Origin: a virus
Direction: 5' to 3' (one strand)
Virus record (IMG/VR): IMGVR_UViG_3300046660_000510
Span: 10,927 to 74,926 of that record
Length of the DNA stretch: 64,000 bases
Shown piece by piece: positions 1 through 8,200 of this stretch. The number at the start of each line of letters is the position of its first letter. Within the stretch, counting starts at the first letter, position 1. A program made the translations under genes and the position numbers. Below the pieces are notes generated by a model. It was given only the letters and a program-made list of their open reading frames with translations. It searched no databases and was not told the origin of the DNA.

Positions 1-99
1 CCGCCCCCACCCCGTGACAACGCAGCACCGGTCGCCGCCTGTCGGTAGCAGGCGGCGGCCGGCCCCCCCAATCCTCTCGCACGATCAAGGAGCAGCAGC

Positions 100-621
100 A
101 TGACCGAGACCACCCCGCCCGCCGACCGGGCCGCGATCCTCAATGAGGCTGCCGACGTGCTGGCCGCCCTCCGCGAGAAGACGGACGTGAACGTCGCCGA
201 GTACGCCCGGTACGACTTCCGGCAGCGGATCGCTCTGAGCGACGGCATCTCCCGGCTGCGCCGCATGGCCGTCGAGGCGCAGCAGCCCGCGTCGACCGCA
301 CCGCTCGCCGCCAACCTCCCACTCGTCAAGGGCCGTTGCCCCGCCTGCTACGGGGCCAGCCTGTTCCTCGGTGATGGCGGCTACGTGACGTGCAGCCGCA
401 TCGACTGCCCCGAGCCTGACGCTGCGAGCACCGCACTGGAGCAGCCCGCCGTCGAGGCGCAGCAGCCCGAGACGCAGGGCGGGTGCAGCCAGTGCGGGCA
501 TCGCGCCTGCATGGGGCGAGGGCGCCGCTGTGGCGTGGTCATGACGTCGGAGGCAGGCATCGTGCGGCCCCCGTGCCAGTGCCTCGGCGCCGCCGTGTCC
601 CAGCCCGGCAAGGAGGCCTGA
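100..621 (+). CDS. modular phage protein with Cys-rich (DUF6085-like) segment
   Basis: RBS AAGGAG before ATG; GRCPAC..LFLGDGGYVTCSRIDCP module between two AVEAQQP repeats. Confidence 0.75.
   Translation: MTETTPPADRAAILNEAADVLAALREKTDVNVAEYARYDFRQRIALSDGISRLRRMAVEAQQPASTAPLAANLPLVKGRCPACYGASLFLGDGGYVTCSRIDCPEPDAASTALEQPAVEAQQPETQGGCSQCGHRACMGRGRRCGVVMTSEAGIVRPPCQCLGAAVSQPGKEA
268..469 (+). repeat. 22-bp direct repeat GCCGTCGAGGCGCAGCAGCCCG (268-289, 448-469)
   Basis: exact match read from sequence, 180 bp apart, in frame. Confidence 0.9.
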
Positions 622-881
622 CCGTGGCCACCGTCGACCGGAAGAAGCTGCTACGCCAACTCGAAGGCCGCATACGACGGGGAATCGCCCTCACCGACAC
701 ACGCTGGCAGCTCAGGGACACCGGCATGACAGCAGACGAAGTGTGGGCGTTCGAACTGCCGATCCGACGTCGCATCCGCGAGGAACGAGCAGGAAGGAAG
801 TCCGCGTGACCACCAACCCACAGCAGCTGGAAGCATCCGCACGCCGCGCCCTCGACGTCCCAGCCCGGCAAGGAGACCTGA
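597..881 (+). repeat. 25-bp gene-boundary repeat GTCCCAGCCCGGCAAGGAG(G/A)CCTGA (597-621, 857-881)
   Basis: one mismatch; contains RBS and TGA. Confidence 0.85.
624..809 (+). CDS. hypothetical protein
   Basis: GTG after AAGGAGG; packed between neighbours. Confidence 0.6.
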   Translation: MATVDRKKLLRQLEGRIRRGIALTDTRWQLRDTGMTADEVWAFELPIRRRIREERAGRKSA

Positions 882-1270
882 TGCCGCAGCGAGTCCAGCG
901 CAAGCGCACCCCCGGATGGACGCTGGCCGACTCCACCACGAACCCCCTCGGGGCGGTCATCGTCAGTCGGCCCAGCCGATTCGGGAACCCCTTCACCATC
1001 GCTGCTGCCATCGAAGCCGAGTGGAGCAACCCCCGCAGCGCCGTCACCGAGATGTACCGCGAGTGGCTACGCGTCGGCACCGAAGGCGGCTGGTACGAGG
1101 AGACCTACCGCATCGGCAAGCAGACCTTCGACCGGCGCCGCATCCTCGCCGACCTCCACCTGCTCCGCGGCAAAGACCTCGCCTGCACCTGCCCCCTCCC
1201 CGAGCCCGGACAGCCCGACCTGTGCCATGCCGCCGTCCTACTGCGGTTGGCGGCCCAGGCGAACGGATGA
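881..1270 (+). CDS. DUF4326-like protein
   Basis: MPQRVQRKRTPGW...RPSRFGNPF...LRGKDLACTCP...CHAAVLL signature. Confidence 0.85.
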   Translation: MPQRVQRKRTPGWTLADSTTNPLGAVIVSRPSRFGNPFTIAAAIEAEWSNPRSAVTEMYREWLRVGTEGGWYEETYRIGKQTFDRRRILADLHLLRGKDLACTCPLPEPGQPDLCHAAVLLRLAAQANG

Positions 1271-1473
1271 GCGACGTCAAGCGGTGCCGTGAATGCCACC
1301 GTCCTCTGCCCCGCAACAGCGGCGACATCGGCCCGGTCTGCGCCCGCCGCCTGACCGGGCCCACATCGCGCCGATCCCGCCGGCCCGCACCCGTACCGGC
1401 CGCCCCGGACTCTCTCCCAGGCCAGGACCAGATTGCCCTCTTCTACTTCCAAGCGACCCTAGAAGGAATCTGA
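1267..1473 (+). CDS. small zinc-finger protein (DUF6011-like)
   Basis: CRECHRPL...IGPVC; ATGA overlap. Confidence 0.7.
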   Translation: MSDVKRCRECHRPLPRNSGDIGPVCARRLTGPTSRRSRRPAPVPAAPDSLPGQDQIALFYFQATLEGI

Positions 1474-1724
1474 TGCCCGAGCGCAGCATCGCGGAGCAGC
1501 TCCGTGCAGCCGCTGACAAGGTGGCGCCCGCCTCCACCATCACGCCCGACCTCACCACCGAGTACCCGGACCTCGAGGCCGCCCACGCTCACCTCCTGCG
1601 CAGCGTCGCCTACGAGATGGACCTTGCCGAGGGAACCGAGTACCGGGCCAAGGGAGACGAGACGGACCCCATCACCTGGCAGCAGGCCCTCAAGTCCGCC
1701 CAGCAGATCAACGGATCAGCGTGA
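1473..1724 (+). CDS. hypothetical protein
   Basis: TGATG coupling, RBS GAAGGA. Confidence 0.7.
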   Translation: MPERSIAEQLRAAADKVAPASTITPDLTTEYPDLEAAHAHLLRSVAYEMDLAEGTEYRAKGDETDPITWQQALKSAQQINGSA

Positions 1725-1840
1725 TAGCCGACCTGCTGTCCGCCCTGGCCATCGTCGTCCTGGTCGTCGCGTGGACGTTCCTTGCCACCGTCCGCTGGGC
1801 GCGTTTCGACCGCACCCCACCCGAGAGGACCCGACCGTGA
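1721..1840 (+). CDS. 39-aa membrane peptide
   Basis: not in ORF track; VIADLLSALAIVVLVVAWTFLATVRWARF.., GTGA overlaps at both ends. Confidence 0.65.
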   Translation: MIADLLSALAIVVLVVAWTFLATVRWARFDRTPPERTRP

Positions 1841-2415
1841 CCGGCCCGGACGATCCCGCCTGGCGGTGGGAGTTCCGCTGCGAGGACTTCGTGTACGCCC
1901 GCCTCGCCGAAGACCAGACCACAGCCGAACAGATGCCACCCGGCTCCGCCCGCGATGCGGAACTGAACCGCGTCGACTCCCTCTACCTCATCGCCAACCA
2001 GCACAACATCTGGATCGACGCCCGCGGCCGCTCCTCAGCAACCTGCGTCACCTGCACCGGAGCCGCTGGCGTCCCCTGCACCACCATGCGCGGCCTCGCC
2101 CGCATCTGGCGCACCCACCCGGACTACGTGCCCGGCTGGAACGAGAACATCGACGACCCCCGCTGCCGCAGCAACATCTACAAGGACTACACGAAGCGCA
2201 CCACGATCTACCAGGAACGGAAAGCCGAGCTGGACGCCTTCTACGGCCGTTTCGACCTCGAAGAAGCCGACGGCGGCGAACGGTGGCGCTGCAAGACGTG
2301 CGGAGCGCACGGCGAGACGTGGAAGCCCTTCCCCGGCGCCTACGACTACCCCCACGCCATCGGTACAGCCGCCCACCGACACCCCACATGCGCAGAGCAG
2401 AAGGGACCGAAGTGA
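1837..2415 (+). CDS. hypothetical protein, DUF6221-like N-terminal part plus Cys motifs
   Basis: ARLAED...LARIWRTHPDYVPGW; CxxC pairs. Confidence 0.7.
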   Translation: MTGPDDPAWRWEFRCEDFVYARLAEDQTTAEQMPPGSARDAELNRVDSLYLIANQHNIWIDARGRSSATCVTCTGAAGVPCTTMRGLARIWRTHPDYVPGWNENIDDPRCRSNIYKDYTKRTTIYQERKAELDAFYGRFDLEEADGGERWRCKTCGAHGETWKPFPGAYDYPHAIGTAAHRHPTCAEQKGPK

Positions 2416-3233
2416 CCGACGAGCCGACTCTGGCCACGTTGACCAACCAACTGGCCGAGATGAAATCCGAACTTGCCATGCTTCGCATCTCCAGCAGCCT
2501 GCGAACCTGCCTGGTCCCGGCCTGCCTGCGCCAGTACGACAGCACTACCCACATGCTCGGCCGGCCCCCGGTACGTCCTGAGTGGTCCGGGCAGGGCTGG
2601 CACAAGGTCACCCGCGGTGTCGCCAACGGCGACCTCTGCCCCGACCACGTCGACATCGTCACCGCGCACCTGCCCCGCACCATCGACCTGCCCAACGGCC
2701 GGTGGACCGTGCACTGCGCGTGCGGCTGGGAGACGACCCCGCAGGCCTGGGGCGGTCTTCTGCGCCCGCTGTGGGAGCAGCACCTCCTCACCGCCATGGG
2801 CACGCTGCCAGAGCCTCCAGCGCACGATGAGACGCTCGAGCGGCTGCCGCTGGCCCACCACACCGAGGCCACGCTCACCGAGTTGTACGACGCCCTCGAC
2901 GACACCGAGTACGACCGCCGGGAGACCCGCGAAGCGGCGCAGGCCATGTTCCGCGCCTGGGACTGGCACCGGAACACCCTCGGCGGCGTATCCCGCGCCG
3001 TAGTGGCCGTGTGCAACATGATGCGGACGTCGGCCAACTTCCTGGACCGCTGCGACTGGACGGCAGACCGGATCGACGCCTACCTGTGGGCCGTCCTCAT
3101 CGGCTGGCACGACGACACCCTCCAGGAGGTCGCGGCCAAGCACCGGTGGAACGAGCACCGCGTGAAGTACGTACGCGAGATGCGCGCCCTCCTCGCCCCC
3201 ATCACCGACCCGCAGCAGCCGAAGGAGGACTGA
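2412..3233 (+). CDS. hypothetical phage protein
   Basis: GTGA overlap, typical high-GC codon use. Confidence 0.75.
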   Translation: MTDEPTLATLTNQLAEMKSELAMLRISSSLRTCLVPACLRQYDSTTHMLGRPPVRPEWSGQGWHKVTRGVANGDLCPDHVDIVTAHLPRTIDLPNGRWTVHCACGWETTPQAWGGLLRPLWEQHLLTAMGTLPEPPAHDETLERLPLAHHTEATLTELYDALDDTEYDRRETREAAQAMFRAWDWHRNTLGGVSRAVVAVCNMMRTSANFLDRCDWTADRIDAYLWAVLIGWHDDTLQEVAAKHRWNEHRVKYVREMRALLAPITDPQQPKED

Positions 3234-3234
3234 C

Positions 3235-4059
3235 GTGGGAGCAGCACTGCACCTTGCGCACGTGCACCAGCCGAGCCCGCCGAAGCGCCGGCCCAAGCGG
3301 AAGGGAGGCGGCGACGGAGGGAAGTTCTCCGAGTACGCGCAACGCATCTACCAGGACGACCGGGCGACCAGTGAGACCCGCAGCCTCCTTCTGGCCATCG
3401 CCTACGTCATCACGATGCAGCGCACCGACGACCCGAAGGAGCAGTGGCGCAACCTCCGCAAGGCGCTGGGCCGCAGCGAGAAGCACCGGTACACGGACTT
3501 CCTGCGCGATCTGGTCGAGCACGACCGGCCCCGCTACATACCGCCGGAGGATCGGCCCGGCGGCTACGACCCGTCCAAGCGGCTCTGTGTCGGCCCGCGT
3601 CTCCGCCCGTTCAAGGAGCGCCCCTACAAGGCGGAGCAGATGTCCCTGCCCGCCCGCGTCGAGCAGACCAAGCGGGACGCTGAGGACTTCCGCAACACCG
3701 ACAACGTGTGCGGCGCCCCCGGCAAGGACCGCGTCCTCGAGAAGCTGCCCGCCACCGGATGGTACCGGTGGCACTGGTTCTGCCAACGGCACCGCGACCA
3801 CGCCCAGCGGGTGAAGGAGCAGGTGAAGGCACAGAACGCGGCCGCGCCCGACCCCATTCCGAACGCGGGCGGGCTGATGCCTTGCTACTTCGAAGCGGAC
3901 TGGGTGCGCCTGTACCGGCACTACACGTGGGACACCTGGGAGCCGCCCGTGTACGGCGTCCGCGCCGACGACTGGCCCATCCCCGGCAAGCAGCCCGTTC
4001 CGCAGCGCGCCCGGCTCAGCCTGGTCATTGGCGGAGGGCTGGAGGATCCGGATGAGTGA
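3235..4059 (+). CDS. hypothetical phage protein
   Basis: RBS GGAGG, coupled to upstream gene. Confidence 0.75.
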   Translation: MGAALHLAHVHQPSPPKRRPKRKGGGDGGKFSEYAQRIYQDDRATSETRSLLLAIAYVITMQRTDDPKEQWRNLRKALGRSEKHRYTDFLRDLVEHDRPRYIPPEDRPGGYDPSKRLCVGPRLRPFKERPYKAEQMSLPARVEQTKRDAEDFRNTDNVCGAPGKDRVLEKLPATGWYRWHWFCQRHRDHAQRVKEQVKAQNAAAPDPIPNAGGLMPCYFEADWVRLYRHYTWDTWEPPVYGVRADDWPIPGKQPVPQRARLSLVIGGGLEDPDE

Positions 4060-4540
4060 CGAGGAGCGCCTGGCCAGACTGACGGAAGAGCTCTGCCACG
4101 CCTACCACTACGGCGTCGGCCTGGACGAACTCGACGAGGAAGACCCCGACCAGGCCCGCGCACACCGGCGGGCCGCACGGCGCTTCCTCCGCTGGCTCGA
4201 GAACGCTCCCGAGGAGGAGTTGAGCCAGGAGAGGCGGGCAGCCTTCCGGCGGGGCTACGACCGCGGCGCCGAGAACGCGAAGAAGTCGGCCGCCGAACAG
4301 ATCCAGCACCTCGAGGCGGAAGTCGCCGAGCTCCGCCAGGACCGGGACCCGGACGGGCTGCGGGCCCGTATCGCCGACCTGCAGTACGTGAACCGCGGGT
4401 ACTCCCGCATCGTCATGGGCGGTTCGGACCTGCGTGCGGACCTGGTGGACTCCCTGCGTCGGCTCGAGGCCGTGCAGCGGGAGCTGGCCGTGCTGAAGGG
4501 CGTGCAGCCGTCCAACGCCACCGGTGAGCGGCCGTCCTGA
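4052..4540 (+). CDS. hypothetical coiled-coil protein
   Basis: GGAGG RBS, overlap with upstream stop. Confidence 0.7.
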   Translation: MSDEERLARLTEELCHAYHYGVGLDELDEEDPDQARAHRRAARRFLRWLENAPEEELSQERRAAFRRGYDRGAENAKKSAAEQIQHLEAEVAELRQDRDPDGLRARIADLQYVNRGYSRIVMGGSDLRADLVDSLRRLEAVQRELAVLKGVQPSNATGERPS

Positions 4541-4544
4541 CCGT

Positions 4545-5681
4545 TCAGACCGCCGTGTCCGCGGCAGGCGCGCTGTCGTTGACGAGATGGTCCGGCGACA
4601 GGGCCCACTGATAGATCAGCTCGTTCAGCGTCGACACCCCCCACAATCCCTTCAGCGCGGCGATCCGCTCCTCCAGCTTCCGCTTCGACACCCCGATCCG
4701 GCGGGCGATCGCCGGCTGCGAAACTCCAGCCGACAGGTAGCGGAGGATTTCCCGGTCCCGTTTCGACGTGCGTACCCCGGTGGCACCGGACACGGTGTCC
4801 ACGGCGGCGCTGCCACGCGCACGGAGTTCCCCGGTCCAGGGCTGCGCGTACATCCACGTGGTGTCATACAGCCTTGCGAGAATCGCTATTACGGCGCGGT
4901 CGGTGACATGCCAGGCGCCGTGCTCGGGGCCACCGGTGATGTGGTCGGATATGAAAGCCTGTTCCCGATCCACAATGATCATTCGTTCGAAGGCGCCAGG
5001 CAGCGTCCGGTACTGCGCAGTCGACACCGTCGCATGTGTCGCCATGGTCCGCGCATACTCGGCCGTCACCGGATGATCCCGCACCGTGTCCCGGTATATC
5101 GTCCGCATGCTCACACCCCGCTCCAGCGCGGAAGCGTCCCGGTCGACCGCCATCGCTAAAACCGTCTTGTCGCGGGGGCCGCCCGGCTGCGCGGCAAGGA
5201 TCTCCCGTTTCGCACCGGCAACGACGTCCTGAATGCGCGCGTTCACGGTGGCCTGATCGCCGAGGTACTCGGAGGCACGCCCGGAACGGGACGAGGTGGC
5301 CGTGTACTGGCCGGCCAGCTGGTCCACGAGGCCCGGGAGGGCGGACATGAACGCGACGCGCCGTCTGGCCTCCTCGATCTGGGAGAACAGGACGTTTTCG
5401 AGGGCTTGCCGCGGATTCCTTACTACGGGCTTGCCGGGTCGGTCCGGGTCTTCGTGGATAAGTCCGAACGCGTCGAGTTCGCCGTATGCGTCCGGGTACT
5501 CGGCGGTAATATTTTCAGCCTGCACCCAGTCCTGCCGGGCATAAGCCCCAAACAGGCGGAACGCACCCGACGACAACAAATCCCCGTCACTGCGCGCTAT
5601 ACCTGTGGTCAAAGGATGATCCCCCGTCAAACACCCTAGATCAACTGCGAGTTCCCGCACCGCGAACTCACGCACGATCAA
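4545..5681 (-). CDS. TrmB-like/LuxR C-terminal HTH transcriptional regulator (start uncertain)
   Basis: central EILAAQPGG...RGVSMRTIY...RMIIVDREQAFI domain; C-terminal SKRDREILRYLSAGVSQPAIARRIGVSKRKLEERIA HTH. Confidence 0.85.
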   Translation of the reverse strand: MIVREFAVRELAVDLGCLTGDHPLTTGIARSDGDLLSSGAFRLFGAYARQDWVQAENITAEYPDAYGELDAFGLIHEDPDRPGKPVVRNPRQALENVLFSQIEEARRRVAFMSALPGLVDQLAGQYTATSSRSGRASEYLGDQATVNARIQDVVAGAKREILAAQPGGPRDKTVLAMAVDRDASALERGVSMRTIYRDTVRDHPVTAEYARTMATHATVSTAQYRTLPGAFERMIIVDREQAFISDHITGGPEHGAWHVTDRAVIAILARLYDTTWMYAQPWTGELRARGSAAVDTVSGATGVRTSKRDREILRYLSAGVSQPAIARRIGVSKRKLEERIAALKGLWGVSTLNELIYQWALSPDHLVNDSAPAADTAV

Positions 5682-5852
5682 AACGTTGAGAACACAAACA
5701 GCCTACGGCAACGTAGTCCCGGGGCGTCCCCCGACGCTCGTACACCGCATCCTCCCCACGCACCGCACACGTCTACTGCCAGAACTTCGGTTCGGTGCCA
5801 GGGGATCGCAGCAGGAAGCGGACCACGAGAATTCGGGCCAGGGCGCCCCGTT

Positions 5853-5869
5853 ATCGTTTCCGAAACGAT
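5853..5869. promoter_or_regulatory. palindrome ATCGTTTC-C-GAAACGAT, candidate operator
   Basis: 8-bp inverted repeat just upstream of the peptide gene RBS. Confidence 0.4.
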
Positions 5870-5883
5870 CGAGGGGACCCGTC

Positions 5884-6087
5884 ATGCCAAGTAAATGGCG
5901 TCATATCGCCGCCGGCCTCACCATCGCGGCCGCAGCAGCAACGGTCGGACTGACCGCAACGGAATCCGCAGCAGCACCCCACGCCAGGACGGTTGCCGAT
6001 ACCGGCTGGGGATCCCTGCCCGTTGACCTGCCCGTCACCCCACCGGTTGACCTGCCCGTGCTCCCGCTCGACACCGCCTGGGGCTGA
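5884..6087 (+). CDS. secreted propeptide with repeated DT(G/A)WG motifs
   Basis: GAGGGG RBS; Sec-type signal (MPSKWRH + hydrophobic + AAA), DTGWG internal and DTAWG at C-terminus. Confidence 0.8.
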   Translation: MPSKWRHIAAGLTIAAAAATVGLTATESAAAPHARTVADTGWGSLPVDLPVTPPVDLPVLPLDTAWG

Positions 6088-6095
6088 CCCGGCCC

Positions 6096-6139
6096 GGCCT
6101 GGCACGGCATGCCCAAGGGGGGACACCCCGTGCCAGGCC
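6096..6139 (+). terminator. 12-bp stem-loop after peptide gene
   Basis: GGCCTGGCACGG...CCGTGCCAGGCC. Confidence 0.55.
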
Positions 6140-6188
6140 CGCACCAACCCGGGGGAACACCCGCCGCGATCCGCGGGAACGTTGACGC

Positions 6189-6443
6189 ATGGATGCCCCC
6201 GCCAAGCCCACCACTACAGCCCTGCCCGACCCGTTCATCACCACCGGTCCGGCCCTTTTCTACGTCACCACCCAGCAGGCCGATGCGACTCAGAGCGTGC
6301 AGCGCATCGACCTCGACTACACCGGTGATCCCCGCGAACGCGCCATCTGCCGCGCCTTGCTCCACCACGCCCTCGCCCTCCTGGACGCCAGCGAACCCGC
6401 ACGCCGCGCACCCAGCGGGCCTGTTGAGGGCCGGAGGATCTGA
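6189..6443 (+). CDS. hypothetical protein
   Basis: TGATG-coupled to next gene. Confidence 0.6.
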   Translation: MDAPAKPTTTALPDPFITTGPALFYVTTQQADATQSVQRIDLDYTGDPRERAICRALLHHALALLDASEPARRAPSGPVEGRRI

Positions 6444-6850
6444 TGGCCAAGAACTCGAGCAGCGAACGGATCGAAGCACTTAGGGCCTGGCTCACCGCCA
6501 ACGGCATCAACCCCAACAACGTCCCCCTGGACGCCGACATGACCATCAGCGAAGGCACCGCAGGCCGCTTCCTCTGCTGCGAAGTCTTCGACCTCACTGC
6601 CGATGGCCACCGCCAGGTCGACGAACGCGGCACCAAGGCCGCCGTCACGGTCATCGCCATGCCCCTGAAGGTCGAACCCCCGGAGTGGTGGCAGCCGTAC
6701 GAGAAGCCGACCCGGGATCAGCTCCTGGAGACCCTGGAACGGGTGCAGCAGCTCGCCGAGCGGTGGAAGTACACCGGCGACCGGAAGAACGGGCCGCGGC
6801 AGGAACTCCTTCGGGCACTCGGCGAGCAGACCACGCCCTGGGCTCCCTGA
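6443..6850 (+). CDS. hypothetical phage protein
   Basis: GGAGG RBS, good codon bias. Confidence 0.7.
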   Translation: MAKNSSSERIEALRAWLTANGINPNNVPLDADMTISEGTAGRFLCCEVFDLTADGHRQVDERGTKAAVTVIAMPLKVEPPEWWQPYEKPTRDQLLETLERVQQLAERWKYTGDRKNGPRQELLRALGEQTTPWAP

Positions 6851-6980
6851 CACCGCTGAACGCCTCCGTCCGCTCGCGGTGGCATGGGAGACTCGCCGTG
6901 GTGCTGATGCCGTGAACGTCCCCCGTGGCGGCACCACGCCAGCTCGCTCCAGGCCGCGATCCGCAATCCGGTCCGGAAAC

Positions 6981-7019
6981 CCTGTGGCCCGCGTCTCTGA
7001 GGAGACTGCGGGCCACAGG
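6981..7019. terminator. stem-loop between convergent units
   Basis: CCTGTGGCCCGC-GTCTC...GAGAC-T-GCGGGCCACAGG. Confidence 0.55.
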
Positions 7020-7099
7020 CATGCCCGGCCCCGTTGTCAGTGGGCCGTGCCAGTCTGGCGTGAGCGCAACGGCCCGTCCTTCGTCGGCGAGGGACGGGC

Positions 7100-7441
7100 T
7101 CATCCCTCGAGGTAGCCCAGCTCCGAGTCCGGCCGGCAATGCGAACACGCGGCAACGCCCTCCACCAGCGCCCGCAGTGCCGCATCCCGCGGTACGCCCT
7201 TCGAGCGTTTCCCCGCCATGTGGCAGCCGCCGACGTGCACGTACACGGGCGGCGTGTCCCGGCCCAGCGCCTGCTCGACAAGCCAGTCCGGGACCGGCGG
7301 TCGCGCCCGCTCCCCCTGCTGCCGCTCCTGCTCGCGGCGCAGCAGGTCCGCCTTCTTCTCCCGCACCCGGCCCAGGGCAACCACCAGATACGTCTCGATC
7401 GCCTCGAGGCGTGGCAGGTCAGGCGGCAGATCATCGTGCAT
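7100..7441 (-). CDS. DUF6233-like protein
   Basis: PPDLPRL...W....VHVGGC...AALRAL..GVAACSHCRPDSELG. Confidence 0.8.
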   Translation of the reverse strand: MHDDLPPDLPRLEAIETYLVVALGRVREKKADLLRREQERQQGERARPPVPDWLVEQALGRDTPPVYVHVGGCHMAGKRSKGVPRDAALRALVEGVAACSHCRPDSELGYLEG

Positions 7442-7449
7442 GTGTTCGA
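7434..7449 (-). promoter_or_regulatory. LexA (SOS) box overlapping start codon
   Basis: minus strand TCGAAC-ACAT-GCACGA matches actinobacterial TCGAAC-N4-GNNCGA; -10 TACACT adjacent. Confidence 0.7.
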
Positions 7450-7459
7450 GTGTAGGCAC

Positions 7460-7504
7460 AAAAAAAGAGGGCCCCCTCGCTCCGAAGAACGAGGAGGCCA
7501 TCTC
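7460..7504 (-). terminator. intrinsic terminator
   Basis: GC hairpin followed by 7 T on minus strand. Confidence 0.75.
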
Positions 7505-7540
7505 CTATCGATGCCCCCAGGCGTGTTCTCACCGTACGTC

Positions 7541-8200
7541 TCACTGCCGGTGCGGTGGAAGAACCGCGGTCACACGCCGAGCCAGGACACCCGCGGCCGC
7601 CGGATCCATGCCCCGCGCGGCCTTCACCAGCTCCGGGACCAGGCGCTCCACGGACAGCACGTGCACCACCCCGCCCCCGGCCACCGGCGCGGGCAGGTAC
7701 CCGCCGCGGATGCGTGAGCCGTGGATGACGAGCAGCGGCCACACCGCCACCCCCGGCATCCCCAGCACCCGATCCACGCGAGCCGCATACCGGGCCACCG
7801 CCTCTATCTGGTCGTGCCGGTCCTCGAGCCCGCAGTGCACCCGACCGTCCTTCAACTCGATGTCCTGCTGGAAGTGCCAGCGTTTCGTGTCCAGCACCAC
7901 GACCGCAGTTCCGGTCGGCGGCACCAGGACGTGATCCAGGTCCGAGGAGTAGCCGGGGACCCGCCGGCCGTGAAGGACGTACCAGCCCCGGGACTCGAGG
8001 ACACGCAGCTCCGCACCGGTCCGCTTCTCCGCCTCCGCCCCGCGGGCTACACGTGCGGTCAGGGCGTCCGCACGCTTAGCCGCCGGGTTCAACCCCACCC
8101 AGGCTGTGACGCGCCGCCGTACGCCCTTCCTGGCCTTCCGGCGCTCCCGCGCAGCCCACTCCAATGGAGACTGGCCCGCAGCGTTCCCAGAGCGCTTCAC
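7541..8200 (-). CDS. NERD-domain nuclease-related protein
   Basis: GAEAEKRT...GWYVLHG...DLDHVLVPP...VVLDTKRW. Confidence 0.85.
   Translation of the reverse strand: MKRSGNAAGQSPLEWAARERRKARKGVRRRVTAWVGLNPAAKRADALTARVARGAEAEKRTGAELRVLESRGWYVLHGRRVPGYSSDLDHVLVPPTGTAVVVLDTKRWHFQQDIELKDGRVHCGLEDRHDQIEAVARYAARVDRVLGMPGVAVWPLLVIHGSRIRGGYLPAPVAGGGVVHVLSVERLVPELVKAARGMDPAAAGVLARRVTAVLPPHRQ

Noticed and set aside
5884-6087. RiPP precursor (Trp-crosslinked peptide)
   Set aside because: No adjacent radical SAM, P450 or other maturase or transporter, and a Sec-type signal fits an unmodified secreted peptide better. Not fully excluded.
7034-7056. Third RecA-NDp promoter as a functional gene promoter
   Set aside because: -10 is degenerate (CAGTCT) and it points into a hairpin and the antisense strand of the DUF6233-like gene; kept only as a weak mention.
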